Shown here: piece after piece, positions 39,201 to 56,094 of the stretch
How the letters are laid out: each line of letters begins with the position of its first letter
Numbering within the stretch: the first letter of the stretch is position 1
From: Schmidtea polychroa
Taxonomy: Eukaryota
NCBI GenBank assembly: GCA_044892525.1
Contig: CM097885.1
Span: forward strand, 30,258,001-30,322,000
Direction of reading: 5' to 3'
Length of the DNA stretch: 64,000 bases
Program-made: the position numbers and the translations under genes
The notes under the pieces: generated by a model
Databases searched by the model: none
What the model saw: only the letters and a program-made list of their open reading frames with translations
What the model was told of the DNA's origin: nothing

Positions 39201-39729
39201 GACATACATTGACATATTTAGTTAAAATAAATTCTTATTTATTGATTAAAATTACTTTGAAAGATTAAAACAAATGCATATAAATTGTAAATTATTTCTC
39301 CAATTTGGCAATTTTATTATTTCATCGAGCTTGATATTGTATAAAAAGAAACAGATATTTATGTAAGATAAAATCTCATATTTGCTGAATTTATTCTACA
39401 GAATTGACGATTAAATAGATATGAAAGAGATAATAAAATTTCATCTGACAATAAATCGGTATTAATTTAATTTAATGTGGAAAATATTTATGTCGACAAA
39501 TACAATCATAAAGTTTTTTAAATTCATTTTATTTATTTGTTTCGTTGAAGCGCTATGAAAATAATTCTTTTTCACAGTTTTTGGATATAATTTCTTGTTA
39601 TTTTTGAAGAAATTAAATGAAACTTCAGAGTGGAAAATGTTTTATTTTAAAGATAATATTTACATAATTTTAAAAATAAAAAAATATTTATATTAAATGA
39701 CATTGCTTTAGCAAGAAAATTACATAGAA

Positions 39730-40200
39730 TGAACATACTGACAGTAAGCCTCATTCTGAGTACCTTGACTTCATTGGAATTAAATGTATATAAACACGCC
39801 CTGTATATTCTTTCGATTGTATTGAAACTTTTGCCATTATTTAATATGAATTACTCTCTGGAATCTAGAAATATTAAAGCAGGTTCTGATATCAATGTAT
39901 TTTTGAAAAGATTTTTGCATGATTTTATCCAGTTTATCTTGTCACTATTCTTTCCGCATACACTTTTTAATGTTCTTACTTTCATAGGATTATTTTCGAT
40001 GAATAGTCTATAATAATTACATACCCATAGGAAATTTTTAATATTATGTAAATATTTTGGTCTTTGGAACAATCGGACCTCTAGTATTTTACTTTGGACA
40101 GCTTGAATGCTTTCACTATATATTACGTAACGTAAAAGATTCATCCCATTTTTCAATATTTGACATTTTAAGCAAGATATTCTGCAAGACTTCAGAGATT
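39730..40200 (-). mobile_element. Ty3/Gypsy pol remnant (RT thumb/connection to RNase H)
   Basis: FQRPKYLHNIKNFLWVCNYYRLFI...INW..SC..LF...LISEPAL resembles P.PK....SFLG..NYYR.FI. Confidence 0.7.
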
Positions 40201-40599
40201 CCTAATTTAGTACTCAATAAATTATACCTTATAAGATGAGTAGGATATAATATCCAATGTATTTACTGGAAAGACTAGCATTGTCTTATTGCTCAATTTT
40301 CATTCATTATAATTAATTTTATTCATCCCGTTATTACAAATTTATTTCAAAACATTTCTATATACAATATTTTCATTCTCTTGTTAAACACAGGCGATGA
40401 TTAGCAATATTGGGGAATCTCTCACCCTTTCCACGTACAGATGTTTATGCGAGAATCACTCTTCTATCAAATCTAAATTTGTGACTTTGAGTTTAAGTGA
40501 TTGTGATTAAAATGTCAAAGTTGAAAGTTTAAAATAGCAGAGGACTTAATGAAATCCCATGGGTAAATTATATTAAGGATTTATTTCGGTAAACTGTAA

Positions 40600-41040
40600 T
40601 GCACCCTTGTTGAAATACAGAGTACAAGATCGACATGTCTGAAGATGTTCGCATCTGGGCGTGTTATGACCGATCATGTAAAAACCCAAAAAATGGTGAG
40701 CTATGTTTATGCTGGTTGAAGTCAGATGAAAATCTGATGGAGAAATGCCGCGGGTTTGACGTGTAAATCGATAGTCAAGCATGAGCAAATATACGATAGA
40801 TTAATCAAACCATTTAATATATGGCTTCATCCAACGTTTTCTTAGAATAACTGACATTCGTGAGTGAAATTTGACTTGGTAAAGCGAAGAATTAAAAGTA
40901 TTTGGCGAGGAATGTTCTTAACTTATGCTCAAACTTTAAACGGGGCCTAAGTATGTCTCTCTTGTTATAGAAGTACATCTAATACGAATGACTAATGAAG
41001 CATTTTAGTTAGTAAATCTGGCGATTTCGGATGAACCAAA
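40600..41040 (+). pseudogene. Degraded 28S rRNA fragment
   Basis: Collinear degenerate matches to conserved LSU motifs: ACCC.TTGAAAYAC, ACCCRAAARATGGTGARCTATG, TGACGTGYAAATCG, TAATCRAACCAT, GGTAAAGCGAA, CTCAAACTTTAAAYGGG, GGATGAACC. Confidence 0.8.
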
Positions 41041-41607
41041 TATTAAATATATCAAAATAATAAAAATGAAACATTCAAAGTTTATAAAATATATTCTTAA
41101 CAAATAATTTTCAACTTAATTTTATCTATTGTCAATATCTCGTTCAATGAAATCTTTAATCTCTAGACAAATGTCATTGTGTTTTCAGATGTATATTTGA
41201 CACAAAATAATGACAAAGAAAATATTTATTTACAATTCAAATAATTTTTCAATAATTGCTTTTTTGGGAAAATAATGGCAAATGTGAAAAAAATGATTAT
41301 AAATCACAAAATGTAGATTTCAGATTTTTATATTAATTATTTATATATTTTCACAATTGATTTATTTTAATCAATATTTTAATTTAAATCAAACCAATAT
41401 TTATTGATCCATAAACATCAGACGATTAAAATTGCAAGGTTCAAAGAATTTTCTTAATTATTATTTACAAGATCAAAAATATTTTTCAGGTGCCAGATTA
41501 AATTGACTGCATGATGAGATTGATGAATTATTTATGAAATATTATAATATTTACATTTCATTATATCGTTATTATAATTTTATATTATTATTATTATTAT
41601 AATTTTA

Positions 41608-41677
<70 letters not shown>

Positions 41678-42051
41678 TAAATTTAATGTAAAAAGAATAA
41701 TGAAGTTAAAGTCACAGTAAGTATTTTATTGGTAAAAAAATAAAATAAAAATACATCTACATTTTTACATTTTATGTAGTAAATGTTGAAAATGAAATAG
41801 AGTTCATAACATCTATTAAAGTTAATACAAGGAAAATGAGATAAAAAATTTGTCATTTCATTGATAATTCTTTTAGATTTTCTATAGAAGATTTGCTTGA
41901 ACCAGCTTTTGAAAGTCAGAACAAAGTTCTGTATCCCATTGATATGACTAAAGATATGTTAAAAATTGATATTATCATCATCATCATTATCATAATAAAA
42001 ATAATAATAATAAATAAATAATAATAAATAAATAATAATAATATAAATAAT

Positions 42052-42562
42052 AAAACAATAAAGTGATAATTTAAGCATTTTGTTGCGAATAATGTATTTA
42101 ATGAAAAAGGCTTAAATTGTCACTTTATTGTTTTAAATATTAAATGCTGCTACCAAGAAATCATCACTTAATAATATTAATAATAATAATGAAAAATAAT
42201 AATAATAATTTATTAAAAAGCTTGAATGAATTAGTAAATATATCGATGTTTTTAATATTCACGAATTTTCGGCACTGCCTTTTTCAAATAATAATAATAT
42301 AAATAATAATAATAATAATAATAAAATTATAAAGTGATGATTACTTGGTAGCAGCATTAATCGAATTTTATAACAATTAAATGATAATTTAAGCCATTTG
42401 CTGCGAATAATATATTTAATACAAATGAAAAAATTTTCGACTTAATATAGCCCTTTTCAATTTCATGAATATGAAAAGGACTATCTTAGTCGAACATTTT
42501 TTTCATTTGTATTAAATATATTCGCAGCAAAAGGCTTAAATTATCATTTAATTGTTTTAAAA
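42052..42562. repeat. Cluster of family A and B fold-back repeats within (AAT)n
   Basis: Family A hairpins at 42052-42170 and 42333-42562, and a family B arm at 42210-42288. Confidence 0.8.
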
Positions 42563-42588
42563 TAATAATAATAATAATAATAATAATT

Positions 42589-42682
<94 letters not shown>

Positions 42683-43581
42683 TAATAATAATAATCATAT
42701 GTACTAATAATAAAAATAAAATTTTTCAATAAAAGTGTTTTGTTAGAAAAATGTATGTAAACAGAGATTTTCGTGCATGAACAATGACAAATCAAAGAGG
42801 ATCAGTACTATATTTTATTCAAATTTGCATTCTTCACCCCCCGCTTGTGGAGAATAGTAAACAAATGTATAAACTTCTTTATACAGTTAAGGAATTGTTC
42901 GACAAGATATATTGTGAATGTTTCAAGTGCCTGAGAAAGTATACAATTTGCTTAATCCGTTCTAAACTTTGATTAATCGTGTAGCAGAGAAAGTAAAACA
43001 ATATTTATTTATTTTTATAATGAGATGACAATCAATCAAATTTGCTGTCATTTAATAATGTATAATTAACAATTTTCGATCAATGGTGAAGCTTTTTTAT
43101 TGAGGAATTTGTATTAATAAAATTATTAGTGGAATTAAAGGATTGTACTATCTTCATATCAGTGACAATTTCCCTTTGAAGTGAGATGCAATGTAAATAA
43201 ATTATGGAAATCTCAACAGAATTTATAAACCTTTGAATAGATAATCTTTTTGAAGTGAATATGATTAAGAAATATCATTTTATTTATTGCATATAGCATT
43301 AGACAATATGAAGGGAAAATTAAGACCACATTGTCAGATATAATATTTCTTACTTTTCTTTTCCATAGCATAATTAGCATTATTATATTCTGATAAAAGA
43401 CACATTGAATATAAAGGGGTTTGAAAACTTTAGATTTGACTTTATTTTATTTATCACAATTTTTACAAAAGTTAATTGAGAACTATATGATAATATTTTG
43501 CTATTAAGGTTTTCTTGAAAATACATTTAATAATTATTTATAAATATGTAATTTAAAAATACAATGTTTTGATGAATATAT

Positions 43582-43798
43582 TTAACCCATTACCACCCAC
43601 TGTACTGACATGGGTACACTTGTTAAAGGCGTGAAGATCATGTTTTTCTATAATGATTATCCTGGAAGAAGTGACTCATTTCAACAATAGATGGCACTAG
43701 TAGTCTACGAAAAAATTCAATATGGCGAAAACGCAATAATAACCGTCATTAATGTTAGTTTGTTTTACAGCATTTTCTTTTGGGCATTAATGGATTAA
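43582..43798. mobile_element. Non-autonomous piggyBac-like MITE
   Basis: TTAA-CCCATTACCACCCA ... TGGGCATTAATGGA-TTAA. Confidence 0.6.
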
Positions 43799-46700
43799 TA
43801 TAAAAATAAGTTTATAAATAAAAGTCAACAAAAATAGACAAAAAACGAATGAGAAATATTTTTCATAAAAATAAAATTTTAACAAATCTCTTCAAATATG
43901 CAATTTATCTTAATACTGTGGATGTGGATTTCAATCCTTCGAAGGCATTTCTATCAAGTCATAACAGAATTTATTTTGAATTAATTGTCTTTTATTAATA
44001 ATATAGTGGGAAATAATCATTAATACATCGTCCCACAGTATAATAATATTAATTACTATTGTAAAATTCAATTGATAAAAGTTTAAATGACAATAATTTA
44101 GAGTTTCAACAATACAAATAAAACTAACATAGATATGCTTTCATGGAAAAATAGTATCTATGATAGAGGTTTGTGTGTGCACTAATAGATGAGTCATAAT
44201 TTGTCAGAAATTATTTGTGTTCAAATTATGAATTTAAAAAATTTGGTTCTTTTTGGATTATTTACAATTTAGAGTAAGTTTTTATATTATTCGCTACATA
44301 TTTTCATTTTTAAAATTTCAAATATGCACAAGTGTTTAAATTTTTACGTTGATCTCTCTTTGCAAATTATAGAGCTAAATAAACTTCATAACTGTTTAAA
44401 ATTAAATTCGTTTTCATCATTTAATATCTTTTCTCTTTATTTATCGAAAACTCTAGAGTAGTAAAATTAAATTTTCCAGAGTTTTTGACATTAAAATTTG
44501 AATATTTATCTGTCATCATTTTTTCTAAAAAATAACAATTTAAAATCCTATTATTCCATCCAACATTAAAACTTAACATACATTTGTATAATATGTTGTG
44601 TTTGTGTGTTTAGGTTATTTTTTCTCGCATTTTCTCAATTTCTATATTAAATAATGTTATTCTACGTAACATTAAAATTCACCTCACTATTAAGTTTGTA
44701 TATTTCTATAATATAATATTTTTGATTTTTTTTAATATGAAAGAAGTTGTGTATAATATGTGTCGTGAATAAAATTGATGTTAAATTAGATTTTTGGCAT
44801 TAAATAAGAGACAATAATAAAATCGGACAATAAAAATTATTGAAAAAAAGAGAAAAATACATAAAAGGAATTCTGTGAATTGTTTTGAGTGCAGATATTT
44901 ACTTTTTCTTCTTTTAGTAATTTTTTTGTATCTTTTTATAATACACAAAGCACATAAATTATGTACAACAAAGACAAATATCATGGGTAAATTGTAAATT
45001 AAATTATATTTGTCATTAAATTAAAAAAATTTTTTAATAATTAAAAATATTTTCAATTTTGTAATTTTGATGTTTTATAAAGTAAAATTTTCATATATAT
45101 TATGAATTTCAGGTAATTTATGATTAATTTTCAAAAACAATATGATTTATTAAATTTTTTTAAATACATATTTTTAAAGAAATATTTCCTACAAGTAAAA
45201 TTCTCAATCCCGTCCACCATTGCTCTATCAGTATCATAATAGATTTCTTTTATCATCATTTAAGATTTTAGAACAATGATTTTATTTATTAAACCCGCAT
45301 TTAGCAGTCTTTTCAAGAGCAAAATTTTAGCATTAAATAAATAAAAATATTGATCTATAGTCTGAAATAAAAATAAAGTAAATTGATAGACATATTTCCT
45401 CAAATTTCTTCAATTACTATCGAGATTATAAATTTTATCGTGATAGGGAAAAAATATTAAACGCAAATTTAAGAACTGCACTTAAATTACAAAGAGATCA
45501 ACTTGTTTTCTCAATTTTCTGTCTAGATAATTTCATCTTTCAATGATAAAAATACACGTTTAAATGCAATATAATTACACTTATCTAATTATTTCCGATA
45601 AAGCCTTGTAACAAATTATTAGGAAAATTTTCCCGGTGATTATCAAACGAAAGTTATGTTAATTTTTTCAAATAAAATTACCGTTTTTAGATTGTCGGGA
45701 AAATTTATCTTTGTTAATTAAATTTCAGGTTTTCTGCTAACATTTAATATGCTTATTTTTATAATGCTTAAAATTAAAAGTTGAAAGTAAAAATAATTGA
45801 CTATTTGAATTATTATTTTGTGAATTATTCATTTAAAAATTTACAGAAAAAATATGAAAATAATAAATTTATATATAATAAATATAACTTTCATATGACA
45901 TTTCTCATAAAATATTATTTCACTTACAATTAATAATTAATTTATAATTTTTTTTAATTCCGAACACTTTGTGATGGTTTTTAAAATTTAATCCAAATTT
46001 TATTTTACAAAATAATATTTAGCAATCGAATATACAAAATAAAAATGTAATCGTTTAATACTTTTTTCAAAATTTTAAAAAGAATTTACAAAACTATTAT
46101 TGAATTATTATTATAAAAATAATATGATAATTATATATAATTATGATTATAAAAATTTAATCTTTTAATACTTTTTGAAAATTTTAAAAAGCATTCACAG
46201 AATTATTATTGAATTATTATATTAATAAAAAATATATTAATTGTATGTAAAAATATCAAAATCGAATTTTATTGATTTTTATAAATTTTTATTTTTTGAT
46301 TATCGTTTAATTCGTTTAAATTGATTTCTTTATAGATTTTTTATATAACAGATAATAATGTGGAAAAAAATTTCTAAAGAAAATAAAACATGTTAAAATT
46401 TTGTAATTAGAAATGACTTTTGTTTTAATTATTAGAGAGAAAATGATTGAATATTTTCCTAATTTTATCCTTCAAAATAAGCATAGAAAAACCTAATAAT
46501 CTTGTTAGAAATTATTTTTTCTCGATTTTTATTATTAATTATTGCACTTAGAAATATCATTTTAATATTCTTCGATGGCTGATTATTCAGGATATTTAAA
46601 ATAAAGAAAGATTTATGAGATATTTTATTTGGCTCGTTTTGTTAGTTTTTAATTAAAAATTATTGTTAGAAATAATAAAAAATCACGCAATTTATTAAGA

Positions 46701-46801
46701 ATTATTGATAAAATTATATATTCTATTATTCAATAATTAATAACTATAATATTAATTATTAAAATTATAATAATAAATAACATCAATAAATATAAAAAAA
46801 A

Positions 46802-46956
<155 letters not shown>

Positions 46957-48689
46957 CACATCAAGTTCTGGACAAGCTGTGAATATACTAGGATATTTAA
47001 TTGTCTTGTTTAATTTTGATTTGGTTTTAAAACATAAGTTATTGCTTAATTGTCAATTTTAGAAAATAGTCCAACGGATTTCTGAATTTTTTTAGTTATT
47101 TTAAAAATAATTAAACATAAATAGCAACGATTCAATTATAAGAAAGCGTCATTCAAACATTCGTTTCACGATATATTTCGATAGTATTCCTGTCATCATC
47201 GGGTAGGATAGAATAACTATAGAAATTATTGATTTTTGAAAATATTTATTAATTTCTCTTTTTTTAATTATATTTTAAATAAAAAAATCATTTTAAATTT
47301 ATATATATATATGTGTGTGTGTTTCGGCCGGTTGTGAATTTATTCTTTCGCGTCTGTGTGCGCAGTTGTGGTGGTTTCAGTGTCAGGCATACAGCCGCGA
47401 GGAACGGTGGTAATATATAATTTTTATGTAATTATTAATTAATGGGTTTTAAGATTTTTTTGGAGTTTGTTTGTCCTAAGCATTTTAATTTTTTATTATC
47501 GAAGAAATTGGAATTTTTGTGATTTTTTTTGGAAGTTATGTTAATATTCGAATTCGATTTCTGGAACCAGATATTTTAAAATTTAAAGGAAATTTGGGAA
47601 CTTAATGGAATTTAGGATGCCTATGAATTATTGTCGTATTTGTTCGCCGCTTTTGAAGTTATCAAGTTGTTTTGCTTCTAATCCTGTTCCTTTACAATGT
47701 TGTCCTCATACATCGTTGGTTCTATGGCAAGGAATATATTATACACAGAAAATATATTCCGCCGGCGGATCGAATTGCATCTTGTTGCAATTATTGCGAT
47801 CTATTTAATATGATTTTGCATGCTGAAAGGCCAATAGGTTTAGTTCTACCCGAACAGTGGTTATGGGAAATAACTGATGAACGGACATTCCGACAAGATT
47901 TGTACAGTTTGAAAGAACTAAAAATTTGGCTTATATATTAAGTATTTATATCAAATTAAACAATACCTCCTTTCAATTATCCCATCGTTGAAAGCCATTT
48001 GTAATTCACGAATTACATCTTGATAATTTTGAAAAACTTGTTTTATTACATTTCGATTTGTTGTTAAAAATATTTTATTTTCAAAGAATAAAATATTATA
48101 TGTTGGTAACAAAATATATATACACTTAAAAAATTATTATTAAATAAAAATTTGATTTGAATTTATTTTAATGCATTTTAGTGAGAGATAATTCTTTTGT
48201 TCAAAATTTATGTCTTTAAAACAAAAATCCTTTCACTTCATTTAAACAAATATATTTCTTAAAAAATATACACTTCAACAGAGAGACGTATGCAAAAGGA
48301 AATCATCATATCTATGTACTACCTATTTTTTTAAAACACGATGTATAACTTTTGTCAATCTTTGCTATATCATTGAAAAATCCAGACTCCATAGTGGACA
48401 AGAGAGAAAATTTAAAATATTTTCAAACATTTTTCTGACCATTTTCTATGTATAAGATCGTACATTATGTAGTTGTCAAAATTAGTTTCACACTTTTAAG
48501 TAAGTTAAGATAGAACACCTTTTCAACGTAACTTGTAATATTAAACTTCTTTTACATTTTCAACAATTATATGTATTACTATTTTATTTTCTGATAAATA
48601 GGATAACTACCAAACTATTATGACGATCAGATACAGGAATATTTACAAATAAATGCAATCTGTCCATAAATTGAAATGTGAAGGAAAAT

Positions 48690-49500
48690 ATTAGGTGTAT
48701 CCAATAAGTAATCAACTATTTAAAATAAAAACGTCTTTTTTTCATAATTTTCTAAATTGTAAATTTTCAATTCCTCTCTTTTAGAAATCTGCAGACTCTG
48801 ATGAAACGTATGATTCGATTTGTATTCTTAAGGGAATGTTCTGCAAACCTGAATAACTGATAATCCGATGGCATAATATCGGATAAATATAGAATTTTTC
48901 AATCAAGCTTGGGTTAATTTTGCTGCATATAACCTGGCAGTCTCACATTGCAGTATAACGTGTTTTCTGTTAACTACAGACCGGCTGTTTTATCAATAAT
49001 TTCTGATGTAATCATTCTAGTTGCTGGTGCAAAGGTTTTTCACCCGTGTTTAGCAACTCAAAATAAATTATGATAATAAAGTCCCACACAAAAGCACTTT
49101 TTTAAACTTTGGTATAGTTGAATGTTTCAAGTTATTGTAAAGGATCCATTTGTTGCCTATTCAATAAAGAAGTGCAAATAGTTCTTCGCGGATCTTTGTT
49201 TGCATTCAACAATTGATGCATAATTCAGATATCTTTTCTAGATACTTTCCCAATAATGTGAAGGTATTTTTACACTGTCGACAAAGTTTTCCTGAGTGTG
49301 TTAGCTATTTCCTGCACGGTTAATATTTAGTCCGACTCAATCAGTGATTTTAAAGTATCAATATCGAATACAATATCAATATCAATATAGAATACAGCAA
49401 TATAGAATATCAATATAGAATACAGCACCTACTTCGAATGCTATCAGACAGGTCGAAATCACCATTGACAAATTTTCTAAACTAACTTGGACACTTATTG
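48690..49500 (-). mobile_element. mariner transposase remnant
   Basis: GKVSRKDI*IMHQL..ANK..R.TICTSLLNR (WVPHEL region), YLSDIMPSDYQLFR (YSPDLAPSD motif), and a TIR-like TTAGGTGTATCCAATAAGT at 48691. Confidence 0.75.
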
Positions 49501-49912
49501 AGTTTCGAAACGTTCCCGGATGTGTTGGGTTATTATTTAACTAGTCGATTAGTTTCTGACTTCTCGTGTCCTTTATTATTGCAATGGACTAACTCTAACC
49601 CAAAAAAGAACACTTTATTCAATCTTTATCGCAATTACAACTTGTCACGGTATTTGCACCTTTCTATCGAAATAATCTATAAAGTAGATTGCCCAATGGG
49701 TAATCAACTTTTCTAGTAATATAATTTGTAACTTCCTTTAATTTCACTTAGATTTTATCTCTCGTTTCATAAATTTTTCGCTAACGTTCATATATTTTTA
49801 TTGCTTTATTAGACCAAACTGGAAATTCGATTTTCAACAGCTCTCTTATGTGTAGGTATGTGGTTGTTAGTACTTGGTATCTAGTTGTTGGTACTTGGTT
49901 GTTGTTGGTGTC

Positions 49913-51530
<1,618 letters not shown>

Positions 51531-52001
51531 CTAATTAACTTTACTATATATACTGTATAATTTACTGTAATTCAGTTTTTAGACCCTTAATTTACTTTAA
51601 TTTAAAATTTTGACATTATTTTACCCATTTATTATTATTTTACCATGCTTTTATTGAATACCCTCTTTTTGCATTGAAAATCCCAGGACTAAGGAGACCC
51701 ACCCAAATTATACTTAGAAAAATCCTTGCATTTTTAGTGATAGTCGGATTTTGTATTGAGATATTGAGACCCTCACTATAGTCAGAAATCTTTTAGGGGG
51801 GGGGTACCCCCTTGCTGTGGAGAGCTACTAACTATATATCAGGAACATAAATCAAATTAAAGTTAAATTAATTATTTATAAGTAAATATTATATAGTGAA
51901 AAATAAGGAATTAAAATATAGATTTTCTGATTGCCAATTTTCACTATATAATTGATAAATTTTATTCATTCAAACAAATAATTATTATGAGTTTCACAAA
52001 C

Positions 52002-52176
52002 CTTTGAGTAATATTTAAAGGCTTCTTCGCAATCCATTTGAACGCCTAATCCCAGATGCAGACAACGGGCAAAAATAAAACAAGCAATAGAAATTCCTTT
52101 TCTCAGATATTCCTCAATTATTATGCTTGAATGTTTTGAGAGTCTTATTATTTCATTTTCATTAACTTGAGCAACT
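52002..52176 (-). CDS. LRP2BP: Internal exon of a SEL1-repeat protein, LRP2-binding-protein-like
   Basis: TTTTAG acceptor and GTTTGT donor; KGISIACFIFARCLHLGLGV..D...AFKYYSK resembles the LRP2BP C-terminal region as recalled. Confidence 0.65.
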
Positions 52177-53056
52177 CTAAAACAAATCATCACCATTATT
52201 TTATAATATTAATGAATAATATATCATCAATTATATTATCCGTAAATGATGGAAATGAGCTTGAATTAATTAAGTTTCAAAAAATTACTAAAAATTAATC
52301 CTTTATTTATCAACTCCTTGGATGTAAAAAAATGAAATAGATATAGTATTTTTATCTTCCATATTTTGTTCACATTTGATCAGTTTTTATTTCCTTTTAA
52401 TATTTTATTTATTTTCATTACTATAGATCATTCTCCTATGTAATACAAATTTACGGCATTGCCATTTGAAAATAAATAACATTTGAAAAAGGAAATGCCG
52501 ATTTGTGTTGGATAGTAGAAAAAATGTTTTATATTATAAACGAAAAAAAACTGAAATGTAAAAAAATATTTAATAGTTATTATTGTTAAGATGAGAGTTA
52601 AAATTTTTTTAATGATGCTATTTAACAGTTACATTAAAATTAATTAATAGTGTTGATAAATTCTTAATGATACAATAAAAGATTATATTTAACTCATTAC
52701 TTACCAACATTAAGGATAAATTGTAAAAAAAATAGAATTTAAAAATAGAATTGATATGAATTAAAAGTTAGTAATTTATTAACAATCTAAACATTTATTT
52801 ATCAACTTTCAATTATTTGTTTATTCAAGCTTTGTTGTTAAAACTATGGATTTTTAAAAAATGAACAGGTAATAAATATGGGAAGTAATGAGTTAAACAG
52901 AAGTTTAGATTCGTTTTGAAATGGATAAAAAATAATTTTGAATAATTATTGAATAAAACTAATATAAAATAATATAAAAAAAAGATTTTGCTTCATTCTT
53001 TTAAAATATTTTTTCACTGACATGTTTTTTCAAACAATAGGGTGTATTAGAGGGTA

Positions 53057-53415
53057 CTTCCGTGTTATCTTACCCCCAAAAATTAAATTAAAAAAGAACA
53101 CATATAATTATTATATTTATTTTCTAAATCACAGTTACAAACTCAGCAAATGTTTGTAAAGAGTTTGTAAATGGTCGTCCAGGTGGCAAGAAAACCACAA
53201 TGTCGTTGAGAATAGTGTCGAACACATCGGCACTGTTGCTTAGAACATGTTTGCGCCACATAAACTCACATAATAACATAAATCACAGATAGCCTTAATA
53301 AATTCATGTTCAATAATGTTCAATAACGTCATCAATAATGTATTCTCTCATTTTTTATATTGTTATTTTAATTGTATTTTATAATTTAATTTTTTGGGGT
53401 AAGATAACACGGAGT
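53057..53415. mobile_element. TA-flanked MITE (Tc1/mariner-type)
   Basis: ~33-bp TIR TCCGTGTTATCTTACCCC.AAAAATTAAATTA and its reverse complement. Confidence 0.7.
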
Positions 53416-53532
53416 TAGCATTTTGTAAGAACTCCTAGTATGTAAAACGTCAATAGTCGATTTGAAATAAGTTTGAAATAATTACAAATTCAATACACGT
53501 TAATCAAGTCAAATGTTGTTAAGGAAATTTTA

Positions 53533-53645
<113 letters not shown>

Positions 53646-53710
53646 ATACAATACCAATTGAAAAGAAACCAGAGGTGAAAATCGAAAGAGGTTCTTATTA
53701 TATGTATATG

Positions 53711-55275
53711 CAGTCAAATCATGTTACTATGCCACTCTCGCAATTATACCACTTTGACTAGGTTCCAACAAAATTAAATATAAAATAAATTTACTATACC
53801 ACTCTCTACTCTCGTTACTATGCCTATATTGTGTAACTGTCAAAAGGCACGACTTTTTAAAAGCCTATGTTTTGGCACAATGCTCGATTATTAGACACGT
53901 CTCAAATGTGAAGCGATAAATTAAGTCTAACTGCACACAACAACACTTAATACATACACGCATAGTATGACTGTATCAAGGTCAAACACGTCAAGTTCAA
54001 GGCTTCTCGTAGATAACAACTATAAGAAGCCAATCACAAGATGTACAGCGATAAGTCTACAACCGAAGCTAATAAGAGAATACAAAAGCGCCATTATACA
54101 TAAACACTCACATAATGGTGACGTAATTTTTTTTCAAATTCAACCCATAATGCCAGCTCAGAAACGGAAGCGAACTAACTTTACTCGAAAGGAAAAAAAA
54201 TGAAATCATCGATACTGCGAAGAGGGAGCCGAATCAAACAAAGTTGACTAGGGAAATAAGCAGGAAATGGTGCATCGAAGTTAAGAGAACCACCGTGAAG
54301 GGTATTATCAGCAAAAAGGATGCAATTGAGATTGTAATCAAATCTGGTGTTCCATAGAATCGCATGAAGTTGACACAAGCACATGATGCGAAGCTTGATG
54401 AGGGAGTGCTCAGATGGCTGAAGCAAGCAAGAGGACAGAATTTGTCTGTCAGCGGTAATTTGATCAAGGAGAAGGCGATAAAACTAGCCGAGCTGAAGCA
54501 TATTCCACACTTCATGGCGCACGACGGTTGGTTAGACAATTTTAATAAACGCCACGTCATCAAGTTCAAAACGAACAGTAGATTTACAATCTCCTTTTGA
54601 GTGACAACAGCAAATTCTCCTGTCATTACTCACACAGTTCTCTGCAGACGACGTCTTCAAACTGGATGAGACAGGACTCTTCTGGCAACTACTTCTGAAC
54701 AAGACCATGGGTTTCAGATGAGACCAGTGTACATGAGGAAAGAAAAGTAAGCAAATGATCACTCTTTTAGTTGGAACAAATATGAATGGTAGTGAAAGGT
54801 TTCTTCTTTTGGTAATTGACGCTTCCAAAAGACCTCGTGCGGAAAGCTCTGCCTGTCGAGGAAAAGATGCACAAGAACGAGGAGATCAAGGTGTCTGACT
54901 TTCTCAAAGCTGATGAGCGCCTCTTGACTGGTAGGACTTTTACACTGGGGAGATTGCGGAGGAGATGCTATGTGGTGAAGAGGAGGAAGTCATTTCATTC
55001 GAGGAAGCTCAGCGCGCTTGGACTATCGTACTGAAGTGCATGCACCAGAAAAGTGGGAAGCTAGGTGTGATGCAAGCGTGCGATCAAATAGATAACAAGA
55101 TACACGTAATCCGCCAAAAGAAGATGCGCCGACCAACAATTCTTGAGAGCTTTGGTCGGATAAGTAACTTAAGAAAATAAATCTATTTTTTTCAAAACCT
55201 TGTTACTATAGCATTCTTGTTACGATGCCTCTTTTGCTCGATGCTGACAGGTGGCATAGTAACAAGATTTGACTG
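53711..55275 (+). mobile_element. Tigger/pogo DNA transposon, internally deleted
   Basis: 25-bp TIRs CAGTCAAATCATGTTACTATGCCAC / GTGGCATAGTAACAAGATTTGACTG; CENP-B-type HTH (VLRWLKQAR...GWLDNFNKRH) and DETGLFW. Confidence 0.92.
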
Positions 55276-56016
55276 TATATACTTACCAGATTTTCAACAT
55301 TACACAATCATTCAATCCAGCACACTATTAATTAATTTATTTTAAATTTTATCTCACAAGACGTTTTAAAATGTCAAATTTTGGGATTGCATTGTGAATA
55401 TTTTAGTTCTATAATTTCTAAATATCATTAATCAAAATTAAATTACAAAAACTTCAATAATAAACACTTAATGTTTTCTTCTCACCAATAAATGACTTGG
55501 GGATAAATTTTAAAAATTCATCTGCTAATCCCATTAAAATGATTAGAAAGAGTTTAGGAAAAACATGAGTATTAATCATTTTTAACAGTAATTTTTGGTT
55601 CAGGAAATGATATATGATTGAATTTTGATAGACTTGAGCTATGTTTTCCAGTTATTACATTTGGGATCACATTTCCATTGTTATGCTGTATACTTAATAC
55701 TCTTATTCCGCAAAGAAAGCATTAAACTGCAATTTCATCTATTTCCATTTAGTTGTCTATTAAAGATCAATATTTCACTATTTAACACAAAGTATCGATA
55801 CTGAATTTTACAAGTGTTTTTTTATTTTTACTATTCTAAATAATTGAATTTTTTTATTTTTATTATTCAAAATAATCTTGGAATTAAATTAATGTTACTT
55901 CTCAATTCAAACGTTAATCCAAATGAAGTAGACAATAAATTATTATGATATTACATAGAAAATGAAATGAAAGAATATTTCAAATAAAACTTTTTATTTA
56001 TATTTATTATTAGTTA

Positions 56017-56094
<78 letters not shown>

